DNA of 43,905 nucleotides, filler included, from Catajapyx aquilonaris (GCA_000934665.2; 2 parts of 2 records of this genome joined end to end with filler, not necessarily neighbours in it); one strand, 5' to 3'; positions 1-10,609 are shown, numbered from the whole stretch's first letter. The notes: generated by a model from the sequence alone, not told the origin. Translations and numbers: made by a program.

Positions 1-96
1 CATTCATAACTATGTAAGGACACTAGATACACCAAGTTTCATCAAAATCTGAGGGGTCAAGGCCTATCGCTGTGATGATTTGACATGGAATGACCC
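1..96. mobile_element. Probable end of a non-autonomous DNA transposon cut by the window edge
   Basis: Ends in TTTGACATGGAATGACCC (reverse GGGTCATTCCATGTCAAA), a TIR-like terminus. The partner end is not in the window. Confidence 0.35.
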
Positions 97-1086
97 ATAA
101 GGAAAGAACAGATTTGTAGATTCTTAAAAAAGCAGGAAAAAGGTAGGCAATTAGACCCTGAAAACAGGCAAAATATGCTGTTAAATAGGCAGCAAAAATC
201 AAGCAGGTCCCAATTTATTTTCATTCCTATAGCTTACAATATTACGGCCTACTCTTGGCCATGGAATTTTGTAGCACAGTAACAAACTACCAGTTATTTC
301 ATATTTTCATTGGTTAGGTGATCAATTCCCCAAGACTCCTTGTACATTATGGCCATGATAAACTGGACTCTCTGGTACAGTCAGTGAGTTCAAAAAGTGT
401 CTCCATGCCATTACTAATGTAGTACATTACCAGTACCAGTTGTACTAATATATTTGATTATTCAGATGAAATATCATTTTAAAATACAGCCTATTCAGAC
501 AAATATAGCCTGCTCCGGTTTTGAATTATATCCGAGGGACCTCACATTTCCAAGATGTACACATGCCTTGGCCTATGTATTATCTGGTCAATGGGGTTTA
601 ATTCAAGCATGGGCATTTTTTCCTAGGGATTCATCGCAATGGACTAAAGTAGCCCCACCCCATGGGACTTCTTTAGTCCAACTTTGCCATTTTCTGTACA
701 GTGTTATATAATCTGCACTGCACGAACAATAGTGAAAAAGTATTGCTAAGCTGTTCTGCACTTAGAATTGGGCTGTCAAGCACAGTGTTTGAGATATACT
801 GCGTTTACTTGCATTTACTAACTACTAATATACTATAATTATATTAGTAAACACTGTGCCTGACAGCCCAATTAAGTGCAGATATGGAATCAGGGCTAAA
901 AGTACTATAAGAATTACTATTCACATCTTCAGAAAGAGCAAAAAGGTTTTTTGTAGAAGAGTGAAATTAATGGTATATCTTCAAAACATATCTATTATTT
1001 TCTCGCGAACCATGCATGACCCAGGCCTCAAACTTAACATACTGAACCTTATGTTGGTCACAACTAGTGTCACCAAATATGACTGA

Positions 1087-1602
1087 TGTAACGCCCCTAG
1101 ACCAAAAGGAAAGCTGTATGCGCTCTTCATCGATCTGTCGAAAGCATTTGATTCGGTTAGACATGATAAATTATTCATAAAACTTAGACTGATCGGTATG
1201 AGTGATAAGATAATTATATTATTGAAAGACATGTATACTAAAATGGGTATAGTTTCGGAACACAATACAGAGCTAATTAAGATAACGACAGGTCTACCAC
1301 AGGGTGAACCTTTAAGCCCATTCCTATTCAATTTATATTTAGCAGATCTCCATGCAGAGTTAGCAGCCGCAGGTGCTAAAGGTGTAAATTTTGGTCCAGG
1401 ACAAGAGGAAATATTGCTTTTGGCTTACGCGGATGATATAATACTGCTTACAGACAATCCATGTTATATGCAGAGAAATATAAATATGTTAGTTGAATAT
1501 TTTAGAGAGAACGAGCTACAAATAAACTTAGACAAAACCAAACTTGTTTGCTTCCACAAGGGTAGAAGAAATATGACTGATGTAATGCAAATACATCACT
1601 AA
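1087..1602 (+). mobile_element. Non-LTR retrotransposon (LINE) reverse transcriptase fragment
   Basis: The frame is open upstream of the annotated Met: KGKLYALFIDLSKAFDSVRH...GLPQGEPLSPFLFNLYL...LLAYADDIILL...LQINLDKTK. These are the canonical LINE RT motifs, truncated at both ends. Clade not determined. Confidence 0.93.
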
Positions 1603-2128
1603 TTGTTGAGGCTTCTTGGGCATGTGACTGAGCAAGTGACCAATGAAATGCTATAAAAAATTATTTTTACATTTTAGAGCAAAACTAATTTAACAGGCGC
1701 ATTTTCCTGGTGTTTCCCTTTCTCGTGATATGTATGTTCATTGGATTTTGACCACTTCTACTAACCAGAAAAATTCTCCAAAAAAGGCCTAATTTTCAGC
1801 CATTTCCATATTTGTGCATTTTTTTTCCTCGTCATGGTATTTCGCAAGATGGCTGAAACCTTATTAGCAGCATTATGGAATAGGTGAGTATATCTGTGAT
1901 TATTTTGACCAAGATCTGAGACAGTCTAGCAACATTTAGGCCCACTTGATTCAAAAAGACCCCTACTATACCGTTCAAAGTTTTAAAACAATACATCTCA
2001 AAAACTGTGCCTGACAGAAACCTTCTGAGCAGATATTCGGATTCAGTGCAGAAATTACAATAGGAATCACTATTCACATCTTCAAAAAATAGAAAAAAAT
2101 GTAATTTTGTAGAACAGTGTTATAAGTT

Positions 2129-2596
2129 TTGCCAAAGGACATGGCACAAAATGTATGGGCCAGTGGCCTTCCATTCAATTTGCCTGAAAATTGGATAGCC
2201 CAGACTGTCCTGATCAATGTTGGATAGGAATATTTCGAGGTAGGACGTACAGGGAGCGTGCTAATATAATATGGGGAGTAGTTACTCTACTCCCCATATT
2301 ACCTTCGGAGGTTATTAGTATGCTCCCTGTAGGTCCTACCTTGAAATGTTCCTATCCAACATTGATCAGGACGATCTGGGCTACAACATCTCCAATTTTC
2401 TGGCAAATCGAACGGAAAACCAGACCATGTCCCATAGTAACTTCGGAGGTGATTATCACACTCCCTGTAGGTCCTACCTCGAAATGTCCCGATCTAACAT
2501 TTATCAGGACAGTCTGGGCTACAACATATCCCATTTTCAGGCAAATCGAACGGAAGGCCACTGGCCCATACATTTTGTGCAATGTCCTTTTGGCAA
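2129..2596. mobile_element. Foldback/MITE-like element with about 135-bp terminal inverted repeats and an internal tandem duplication
   Basis: TTGCCAAAGGACATGGCACAAAATGTATGGGCCAGTGGCCTTCC (2129-) pairs with GGAAGGCCACTGGCCCATACATTTTGTGCAATGTCCTTTTGGCAA (-2596). The unit at about 2303-2420 is repeated at about 2441-2560. Confidence 0.8.
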
Positions 2597-3148
2597 CGGT
2601 TTCACTAGTAATGCAGAATTTTCTGCCAGAGTATGACTCAGTCGCAATACTTGGCCATCTGTGACATACGTCGAGTCCAAAGCTCAACAGCCAGTCTTCT
2701 CTCATGCGACTGATAAGGATGGAATCCACTCTCTGTCCATTGTCTCGCTGGATGCTGTGCCAGCAACACACAGTATAATTTAATGTGATGCTGATTTTCA
2801 GGTGGATGGAGGGTAGCACTGGCGTCTAAATTGTCTGGAATGCAACTGAAGTGTCAACTTGTAACACTTCTGACCACCAACCCAGTAGGTAAAAGATTTA
2901 TGAGCCACAAATCCAGGATTTTCGGGCTTCACTAGCATCTCGTACACAAGTGCAAGATCAAATCTCTAAACTGGCCTTGTGGATTAAGTAAACTTACTTG
3001 TGGATTTCACTTGTGTGGCCATAATAAGTTTTGACAGCTATAAAGGTTGATACCTAATTGCAAGTCAGCATTCAAAATGGCAGGCCTGTGACACACGAGA
3101 AACTATTTGAGAAAAAAAGTGAGGTCAAGAAAGAGTGAGAAGTAATTA

Positions 3149-3154
3149 TTTATT
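3149..3154 (-). promoter_or_regulatory. Candidate polyadenylation signal (AATAAA) for ELMO
   Basis: TTTATT on the plus strand about 425 nt downstream of the ELMO stop, following an AT-rich 3' UTR-like stretch. Confidence 0.45.
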
Positions 3155-3577
3155 AAAGAGGTTACAAAGTTGACATCTACCCATACAAGTTTACAATACA
3201 GTCTGGGGATCATAAAGTGCCCCGTTTTGATGACATGGGGGGGGGGGGCATGTAGGAGTACTGTATTAGGTGAAACAGATATTGTCTTGCATCCACTTCA
3301 TCTGATAACCAATAAATGCTCTTCTTACATCATCAAGGATGGGCAGTCCAGGCATACATCCTAATTATCCACAGGTTATACAATACATAATGATACAACA
3401 AATCACATTTGGAAATTCTATTGGTACTAGGAAATAATGCGTTTATAAAGCGGAATAAAAACACTGTACCAATAATAATTATATACTTAAAATTAAATTT
3501 AAAGTGTGCAAGGGCAAATGAATGGTAATTTTTCCCTCCCATTTAATAATTGTTTTCTTTCTTGCTGTTGTATTCTC

Positions 3578-4000
3578 TTACTTGTAGTCACAACATATAT
3601 CATAATTAGGTGGGTCCTTTGGAATTGGAGGTGGCTCCTGAGGAATGTCAACCCCCTCTGCATCCAACAAACGTAACTTAATGTCCATGCTGAGAAGGGT
3701 CTCAAGGTCATTCTCAGCCTCCTTGCTGGCCATCTGATGTCCCAGAAGAGCATTGATCCCATCTGTCCAGTATGCAAACGTTTGCTCATCTGGTGCCACA
3801 AAGTCCAGGGAACCCATTTCCCCAGAATCCAACATGAGGGAGAAGGCCAGCTGGTGGGTCATCTTGCGACCACGGGCATCCTTCATGTGTGGACATTCTT
3901 TGCCAACCAGGAGTGCTTTGATGTCCAGAACGGAGAGCTTATTAGGAAGCTCTTCAAGGGCAGGAGCACTTTTCTCATCACAGTCTCCATAATGGAAAAC
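3578..4000 (-). CDS. ELMO: ELMO coding exon 3 (140 codons + TAA; PH domain, C-terminal PxxP/polyproline motif)
   Basis: Acceptor tttctccccaAG|GTT. Translation VFHYGDCDEKSAP...GKECPHMK...WTDGINALLG...LLSMDIKLRLLDAEGVDIPQEPPPIPKDPPNYD. The spliced total of 719 aa matches typical ELMO length. Confidence 0.95.
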   Translation of the reverse strand, partial: VFHYGDCDEKSAPALEELPNKLSVLDIKALLVGKECPHMKDARGRKMTHQLAFSLMLDSGEMGSLDFVAPDEQTFAYWTDGINALLGHQMASKEAENDLETLLSMDIKLRLLDAEGVDIPQEPPPIPKDPPNYDICCDYK

Positions 4001-5700
4001 CTTGGGGAGAAATCCAATTCATAACAGCATCCAAACACAATTATCACCATTATAACAAGGTAATAAGATTTATTTAACCTGTTGAGGGCTAAGTTTCTTG
4101 TTGTTGTCGTTGTGGCTTGTTTTTCTATTTTTTTGTCCAAAATTCAATGTAGGAGTGATATTAATGAATAACAATTTCGTGGCAAAATTAATCATTTTAA
4201 TTCGTGGCGATCCTTCTGAATGTAAAATGCCAGAAAAAAATCATCAACAGGGTGTTCCAGAAATATTTTAAAAAGAATCGTCTGGCTCCCAGAACATCGA
4301 TAGGCCTAACAAGTTCACTAATACTGTTATTATGGTTGCATAATATTACCACAACACTGTACTATGAGAAACTCCCAAGGGTCCAGACTTTATGGGACAC
4401 GGTGTACTCAGGGCGGTCGTTTACATAGATGATGATGTGGCAGGCACGTGACCTTGGCATGTTCGACTCAGCTAGGCACCTGCCCCGTGGATTGTGGGGC
4501 TATCATGGTAGTTTAGTCACCATCCAAGCGATGGCAGGAGTATATTGAACCGAATTTTGACCACCACAGATCGAATTCACTCTGCACATTTGACCACAGG
4601 AAATTCAAACATCCGCAGATCATCATATGATGCACATCGCCCCCAACAGGTTAAAGCTACATACACTAGTCAGCTCCAGTTCAAAGCCTGGACCAACTGA
4701 AGCCTAAATCTGGCTTCAGACAGATGTCCTTGTTGGAGTTACCCACCAATCAGTGCAAGCCACACCTGTCCTCTTCGTTGGTTCATTAGTTCCAGTTAGT
4801 CCATGAATAGTCCAAAAAAGGTCACAACTCCACTCAAGGGGAGAGCATAAATGTGCCTTTCACCACAGACACCAACTTTACAAGATATGAATCAAGTTAT
4901 TCCACTTTTTTAACACAGTAGAACCCCGATTACCCACGGGACTGGGACATGGTCAGAACGCAAAAAAGGCTGAATAACAAGAGAAGCAAAAAAACTTTAA
5001 TGAAACGCAAGAAAAAAACCTGAGGGCAATTCTGCGCATAATGCACCAACAATCGCACACTGGTTTTAGGGCCTGTGACGCCACCGTGGCTGTATATATG
5101 ACCTAATCGAAAAACTGTTACCACCATCTTGTGCAGCGCATGAATATGCATAAGAAAGATCCCCTGGAGACTGCGTTCATAGGCTACCCACTTCTGTAAA
5201 AATACCTGAACTTTCATAATGCACCAACCATTGCCGGACACGCTTGTCTGGGGTCTCATACACAGGCTCAAAACTCGGTGAATTCTGACAGCACTGCTTT
5301 TGAAGCTAAAGTGCATATGGAAGAGGAGAGTGTGAGGAATACAATGATGCCAAAGGTTTAGGACAATTCTCATTATTAGCGACAGTATTGCGGAAAGTGT
5401 CACCATAATGCACCAACATGCATCATAACGCACCAACGCTCAGCGATTTTCCCTTACTAATATGATTTTTTCTGACATGGAAAAGTCGTGGAAAATGAAA
5501 TTCTTATGCCTCTGTAGCCCTTGAATAGTTCCTAGGTCAATGATAAGGACAAGGAAAATGCCACAAAATTACAACACATTGCTTCTCTCTTATGCAGCCT
5601 GTATTTATTCTCTCCCTCAGAAATGAAAAGTAGCACATGATAGAAAAGATAAAACGGTGTTTTCACCTAGTGGTAGGGGTGCTTATGGAAGAAGCAGGAC

Positions 5701-5970
5701 ATGGATCCGAAAGGTCGTGGACAATCCGTTTCGGAGATGTCAACCTTTGACATTGACGATGTCCATCCTTGCAAGTGTGGAAGCCCCCATACATCCCTGC
5801 ATTGCTGGTTGTGGTGACCAGGGGCTCGCACCACTCCTCAACCGCCTAACTCCGGCAACCAGTGATGCAGGCATGCACGGGTGTATCCACAATACTGCAA
5901 GGATGGACATCGTCGATGTCAAGGGTCGACATCTCCGAAAACGAATCGTCGCTGGCCTTTCGGACCTATG
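5701..5970. mobile_element. Hairpin-type MITE (near-complete diverged palindrome)
   Basis: TCCGAAAGGTC...TTTCGGAGATGTCAACCTTTGACATTGACGATGTCCATCCTTGCA pairs with TGCAAGGATGGACATCGTCGATGTCAAGGGTCGACATCTCCGAAA...GCCTTTCGGA. Confidence 0.8.
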
Positions 5971-6737
5971 CCATGCTCTTTTGAGGACTTGCTAACATGT
6001 CTCCAGGCTGCTGTGGTATGAAGCAAAACATAGATTGTGGGAAATGCGGGTGGTTGGGTTGGTGCATTATGCTGATATACCCAGGTCAAAACGTCCCATG
6101 TAGCTGAAATGTTGCACATAAGTGAAACGGTCAAGCCTAACGAAGGATCCGAGATTTGACGGCTCCATTTGAAAAAGCAGATGCACACAGCCAATTATTT
6201 GCAAAAGTTCATAACCCACCAACACTTTAAAATGGCACTTGATATGGCTGTATAAAGTGATACAGTCACGCAAATGGGAAAGTTATACTGGTCAATCATA
6301 GGTTATTTCCTTGTTTTTGACATGATATAAAACAATAATGTCCCTCTCCTTTCATAAGTCCACTACATCGAGCGATACGATAGCAATGCACGTTAAGGGT
6401 GGGAAAAAGGTCCTGGCGCATATGGAGGTTGACATGTTAAATGTCGGGCCTAATAACTCTGTAATTACTGAACAGAATGACATGAAATTTTTGACACAAC
6501 ACGACACAACCCTTGTCACGGCTATGTTGAGCGAAACCTGTTTTAGGGATTCAGTTAATTATGAAAACCACGAAACTGAGAGGAATTTGAAGGCATGTGA
6601 GGAAATAATGTCCTGTGAAGAATAAGGACCAAATGAGCAAAATCACTCAACACACCAGTGATGTAGAATGCTGTGACGAATGGGGAAAAAATAATCATGT
6701 CCTTTAGTGCAAAGTCAACTGAGTCATTAAAAGATAA

Positions 6738-7015
6738 CCCCGCTCATGGAGATGCACATGTTCGGACATATTAGCGTTTGGCATCATCACGTCATGCAGA
6801 CTGAAACCCCCTGATGGTCATTTTGACTCAGATCTGATGATTCCTCGAACATGCTGTCCGCCATTTTTGCTTCGACTTTTTGACATATGGCACTGGATAG
6901 CTTCCGTCATCCTGCATCCATGTGCAAATTTGCATGTCAATAGGTTCAGTCTGCATGACGTGATGATGCCAAATGCTAACGTGTCCGAACATGTGCATCT
7001 CCATAAGCGACGGGG
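6738..7015. mobile_element. MITE with about 70-bp TIRs, CCCC...GGGG termini and ATAA flanks (piggyBac-like)
   Basis: CGCTCATGGAGATGCACATGTTCGGACATATTAGCGTTTGGCATCATCACGTCATGCAGACTGAA is inverted at about 6944-7009. ATAA occurs at 6734-6737 and 7016-7019. Confidence 0.8.
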
Positions 7016-7021
7016 ATAAGA

Positions 7022-7535
7022 TAGAGCGCTAATAATTAAATTAATAATTAATTCTAATAATTAGCGCTCTACCTTATGCCCGTCGCTGTGGTTACGGAAC
7101 TGGCAGTCAGCGCGGCGCTGCCAGATCGTCGCGTTCTTCGTGCGAGTTGTTATTGTTCATGGAGGGGGGTATTTTCGATCCCAAAGTTTGGCCAAACCAA
7201 GACTGCCACACTCGTGCCCTTTCACACACTTACGGTAATTCGGCGTAAAAACCTCGTGACGGTCTCGAATCTCACTGGTACCGACATGGAAAGGAGTGAT
7301 TGCGGGTCAAAATAAAAAACTGTACCTGGCCGCGGCGGCCGCAAATATCGCCCCAGGAGAAAAATAAGCGCACCATCTCAAAGTGCAACTCTTTCGCGTC
7401 CATATACTCCAGTTTCATGCCGATACCTCCATATTTGCGGCCGTGACAGCGACAGGAAGAAGTGTCAAACTCACGGGCCGGCCCGCGACGGGCTCCCCGC
7501 AACAATAGATAGCGTAGCCTAGAGCGCGCTCTTAA
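7022..7535 (+). repeat. Unclassified interspersed repeat, copy 1 (begins at an AT-rich hairpin, ends CTAGAGCGCGCTCTTAA)
   Basis: About 7216-7535 is closely similar to the reverse complement of 21594-21913. The ORFs 7272-7556 and 21585-21857 give near-identical translations. The left boundary is inferred from the hairpin only. Confidence 0.8.
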
Positions 7536-7979
7536 GCTGCGTTTACATGTGAGCAATTTGATCAGCGATGTGTAATGATGTCATCAGCGAGCGATGTGAG
7601 TTGTAGCGGTTCTGACAACATGACGCAAGCAATAGCGCTTATACATCACCACTGTGCATATAAGCCAGCGATGTACATCACTACGACATCATCCATGCAA
7701 AGGATGAGGAGAATGTTGTATCGAATGTAAACAATCCAGTGAAACAATCGGGTGCCTTCCTATCACAGTATTGCCACCCGAATACGCCACGGTGTGCTGC
7801 TCCCTCATTGTTCGGTTCGGTTCAGTTTGTTTACGACATCATAGATACGGAGCAATGCACACCGCCGTCGTCTACATCAAACAGATCTGAGCGATGTCAT
7901 CGCTGATGCCCTCCCTTCTTATTTGGATTTCATTGCTCAGCGATGACATCGCTTAAATCACTCACATGTAAAAATGGCT
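7535..7979. mobile_element. PIF/Harbinger-like MITE
   Basis: Left AGCTGCGTTTACATGTGAGCAATTT, right AAATCACTCACATGTAAAAATGGCT. Internal AGCGATG/CATCGCT motifs repeat. Flanks are TTA and TCA. Confidence 0.65.
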
Positions 7980-7989
7980 TCATTAATGG

Positions 7990-8036
7990 TGAAAAAAGTA
8001 TGGAAAAAGTATGGAAAAAGTATGGAAAAAGGATGG
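7990..8036 (+). repeat. Short tandem repeat, 11-bp unit (TGGAAAAAGTA) about 4 copies
   Basis: tgaaaaaagta tggaaaaagta tggaaaaagta tggaaaaagga. Confidence 0.85.
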
Positions 8037-8247
8037 TCAGATATGCCAAGGAGACCAATATTCCGAGGGCAGATAACTGGGGTTCTACTGTATTGACAAT
8101 TGATCCATTGCTACTAAGTTACTGCACTGAGGGAATTACTTCACAAATTAGACGGCTTGTTGTGCATTGTCATGCACAGAGTCATCTAGGGAGTTCAATA
8201 CACCTTTTAATTTAAAATTCAACCATCTTCGATTTACTGATGCAGTT

Positions 8248-8989
8248 TGAGGGCTATACCATATTGATTTACAATTTATTTATTTTTGCCACAAACACAG
8301 GTCAGCAGATAGGCACACATTATTGATAGAATCCACCTGAAGCCAAATACACTGGCGCCATGGGTGTGGCAGTCTCTCCAGGACCTCCAGGAACCACTTT
8401 CTGGAGGGGTGGCACCCCCACTCCCGGACAACTGCTTGCTGTTCAACAATGTCCTCGAAATGGCATAGTGAAGGGTTTTTTTTTCATGTTTTGGGACACT
8501 GAGGGCATCATCCTCATCAACCGGCTGAAACAGGGCAATACCATCAACAGCCCTGCAACCCTCCATAACTAGCGGCGAGCCATCCAGAAAAAACGGCAAG
8601 AGAAATGGGCAAAAAGTGTGCTCTTGCAGCATGACAAAGCATGGGCCCATAACAATCCAGGAAATGAAGGTCGCCATTCCCGAGTGTGGGTTCCATGTGC
8701 TTCAACACTCCCACGACCTGGCCCCCAGTGACCTTCACCTGTTTGGAGCCATGAAAAAAAAACCCTTCACTGATGCCATGTCAAGGACATTGTGAACTGG
8801 GAGCAGCTGTCTGGGAGTAAGAATGCCGCACCTCCAAACGTGGTTCCTGGAGAGGCTGCCACACCCATGGTGCCAAACCATTTGCCTCCAGGAGGATTCT
8901 ATAGTTAATGTGTGCCTATTTGCTGACCTGTAAGGGCCTTGTATTTGTGGCAAAAAAATTAACTGTAAATCAATATGGTATGGCCCTCG
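8248..8989 (+). mobile_element. Mariner-derived non-autonomous element with about 240-bp TIRs and a decayed central transposase segment
   Basis: Termini TGAGGG...CCCTCG|TA. About 8248-8488 is the inverse of about 8750-8989. The centre translates FWDTEGIILIN..GNTINS..*RRAIQKKR..VLLQHDKAWAH (frameshift) VLQHSHDLAPSDLHLFGAMK, matching the mariner HDNA.PH and YSPDLAPSD.HLF motifs. Confidence 0.9.
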
Positions 8990-9058
8990 TATTAATTTGG
9001 CATAATAAATTATAATATCATTGCACATAAATACTGACAAGTGAGTCACTCAACTGAC

Positions 9059-9631
9059 CTTATGATTAGGCGAAAGCCTGCAGTACCAAAACTTGTCCTT
9101 GATCCTTTGTCCCCTGGGTGAGTATTTTGTGAATCGAGTCCCATCTACAAGGTACCCTAAACGCTGCTGCTGAATCAACTCGATGATCTCTGGCTTGATC
9201 TGCTCTCGGAGCTCTACAATTGGCCGTGCATGTGACTCCCATTCCTCCCTATTGCTCCTTTCCTGTTGCCACAGATTAGTTATCTCTGAATAAGTCAAGG
9301 TATTGAGCTTGTCCCTGAAGCGGTCCATTGTTGTCGGTGCATCAGCAAGCGTGCGAGTGATCTGTTCCCGGACAACACTAAAGACTTTGGCAAAGTCCTC
9401 CACCGTGGCTCGCATTTCTTTCCAGGTCTTGTTGAGTGTGACCACACAGATAGAGAAAAATTCTTCAAAGGGATGGTCATGAGTGAAAAACATGGGGTAG
9501 TATGTCTGCCCCTGCTCACTTGGAGGGTCACCAATGCGGAGGATCTCACATAGGAGCTTGCAAAGCTCAATGCTTGTGCGACCAAAGGGGCACTCATGCT
9601 CATCTGCTCGGCAGGAGTTCTCCAGGACCAC
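9059..9631 (-). CDS. ELMO: ELMO coding exon 2 (191 codons; rest of ELMO domain and start of PH domain)
   Basis: Acceptor ttttttgcAG|GTG. Translation VVLENSCRADEHECPFGR...TLNKTWKEMRAT...PIVELREQIKPEIIELIQQQRL...KFWYCRLSPNHK. Donor AAG|GTCAGT. 573 nt, phase 0 at both ends, and it joins exons 1 and 3 in frame. Confidence 0.96.
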
Positions 9632-9652
9632 CTGCAAAAAAATGCAGGTAAA

Positions 9653-9680
9653 TACGAGGGCCTTTCAATAAAGAATGAGA
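9653..9680 (+). mobile_element. Solo mariner-like TIR remnant next to the ELMO exon 2 acceptor
   Basis: TA|CGAGGGCCTTTCAATAAAGAATG, a CGAGGG-type mariner terminus. No partner end recognised. Confidence 0.4.
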
Positions 9681-9916
9681 GTGATATATCTGTGACTTAT
9701 TCTACAAGAATTAACATAATATGGTAAAGAATGTAAAGCTGGTATTTTAAAATGTGGTAAAATCAAACCTGTACATAACAGAATCACTTAATTCCATGGA
9801 AATACACAACTTTTCACTATATAGGACAATACTAAAATGCAAAATGTAACCCAAGGTGCATTAACATGCTTCCATATTAGTGCCCCTAAATAAGTATGCT
9901 TTGCAAACACTGAATA

Positions 9917-10300
9917 CAGGGTGGTCCAACTTCAAGTGTCGTTTATAACGGCTATTAATAGAAGCGCTTAACGATTGACGTAGCAGCGATGTGTAAAATG
10001 CCCACTTCGGCGCCATCGGAAATATTAGCTGTGTTTCGTTTGCAGGCTTCCCCCTTGCATTACAGGTCCATCTGGTGCCTTGGGCGTCACCCATTTCACC
10101 CAGGCGCATCTCAGGTCATGTGTGCACCTACTTTTTTCCAGGTCAACCCAGCAGCAGGGTTAATTACATGTGTGCTGCTATTGGCAGCTAATATTTTCGA
10201 TTGCGCCGAATTGGGCCATTTTATACGTCGCTGCTGCGTCATGGAAAATCACTGCCATTAATCGCCGTTATAAAACGACACTTGAAGTTGGACCACCCTG
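9917..10300 (+). mobile_element. Tc1/mariner-type MITE family A, copy 1
   Basis: TA|CAGGGTGGTCCAACTTCAAGTGTCGTTT ... AAACGACACTTGAAGTTGGACCACCCTG|TA, with TIRs of about 115 bp and a TA duplication. Confidence 0.92.
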
Positions 10301-10453
10301 TATATGAGACATATGTTGCCCTTTTGCCGGCACAGAAACACCTTCTTTGCCCCCCTCCCGGTTTTACATTTATGACCTGGCTTTAATGCAATAAAGTAAA
10401 TTCTCCTATACACAGAGTTGACATTACTTAGGGCCCTAAAAATGCTGTCTTAA

Positions 10454-10609
10454 CCCTGTAATGCCCCTTGGGTCATATCTGGCACACCATTTAGTGCAAT
10501 TTGGCACACTTACAGAGAATATAAAAATTGCAAAAGATGCAAAAATTGCAGTAAATGGTGTGCCAGATATGACCCAGTGGGCATTACTTAGATTAGTGGC
10601 ATTACAGGG
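10454..10609. mobile_element. piggyBac-type MITE
   Basis: TTAA|CCCTGTAATGCC ... GGCATTACAGGG|TTAA is a perfect TTAA duplication. Internal IR GGGTCATATCTGGCACACCATTTA / TAAATGGTGTGCCAGATATGACCC. Confidence 0.92.

Larger units (their letters stand above)
4916..8090. mobile_element. pogo/Tigger-like DNA transposon ends enclosing nested repeats (ELMO intron 2)
   Basis: Left end CAGTAGAACCCCGATTA, right end TAACTGGGGTTCTACTG|TA. The terminal match is 12 bp and perfect. The left flank is CA rather than TA. Confidence 0.55.

Noticed and set aside
2191..2819. 157-aa and 155-aa ORFs with internal repeats
   Set aside because: They arise from the foldback repeat, with no protein-family features.
5037..5437. 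CRISPR-like repeat-spacer array
   Set aside because: The repeat is only 14 bp with 6-175-bp spacers, the context is a eukaryotic intron, and there are no cas genes.
7272..7556. Pair of near-identical ORFs (7272-7556 and 21585-21857) suggesting a small gene family
   Set aside because: They are translations of two copies of a repeat, with no known protein motif, non-ATG starts and no splice support.
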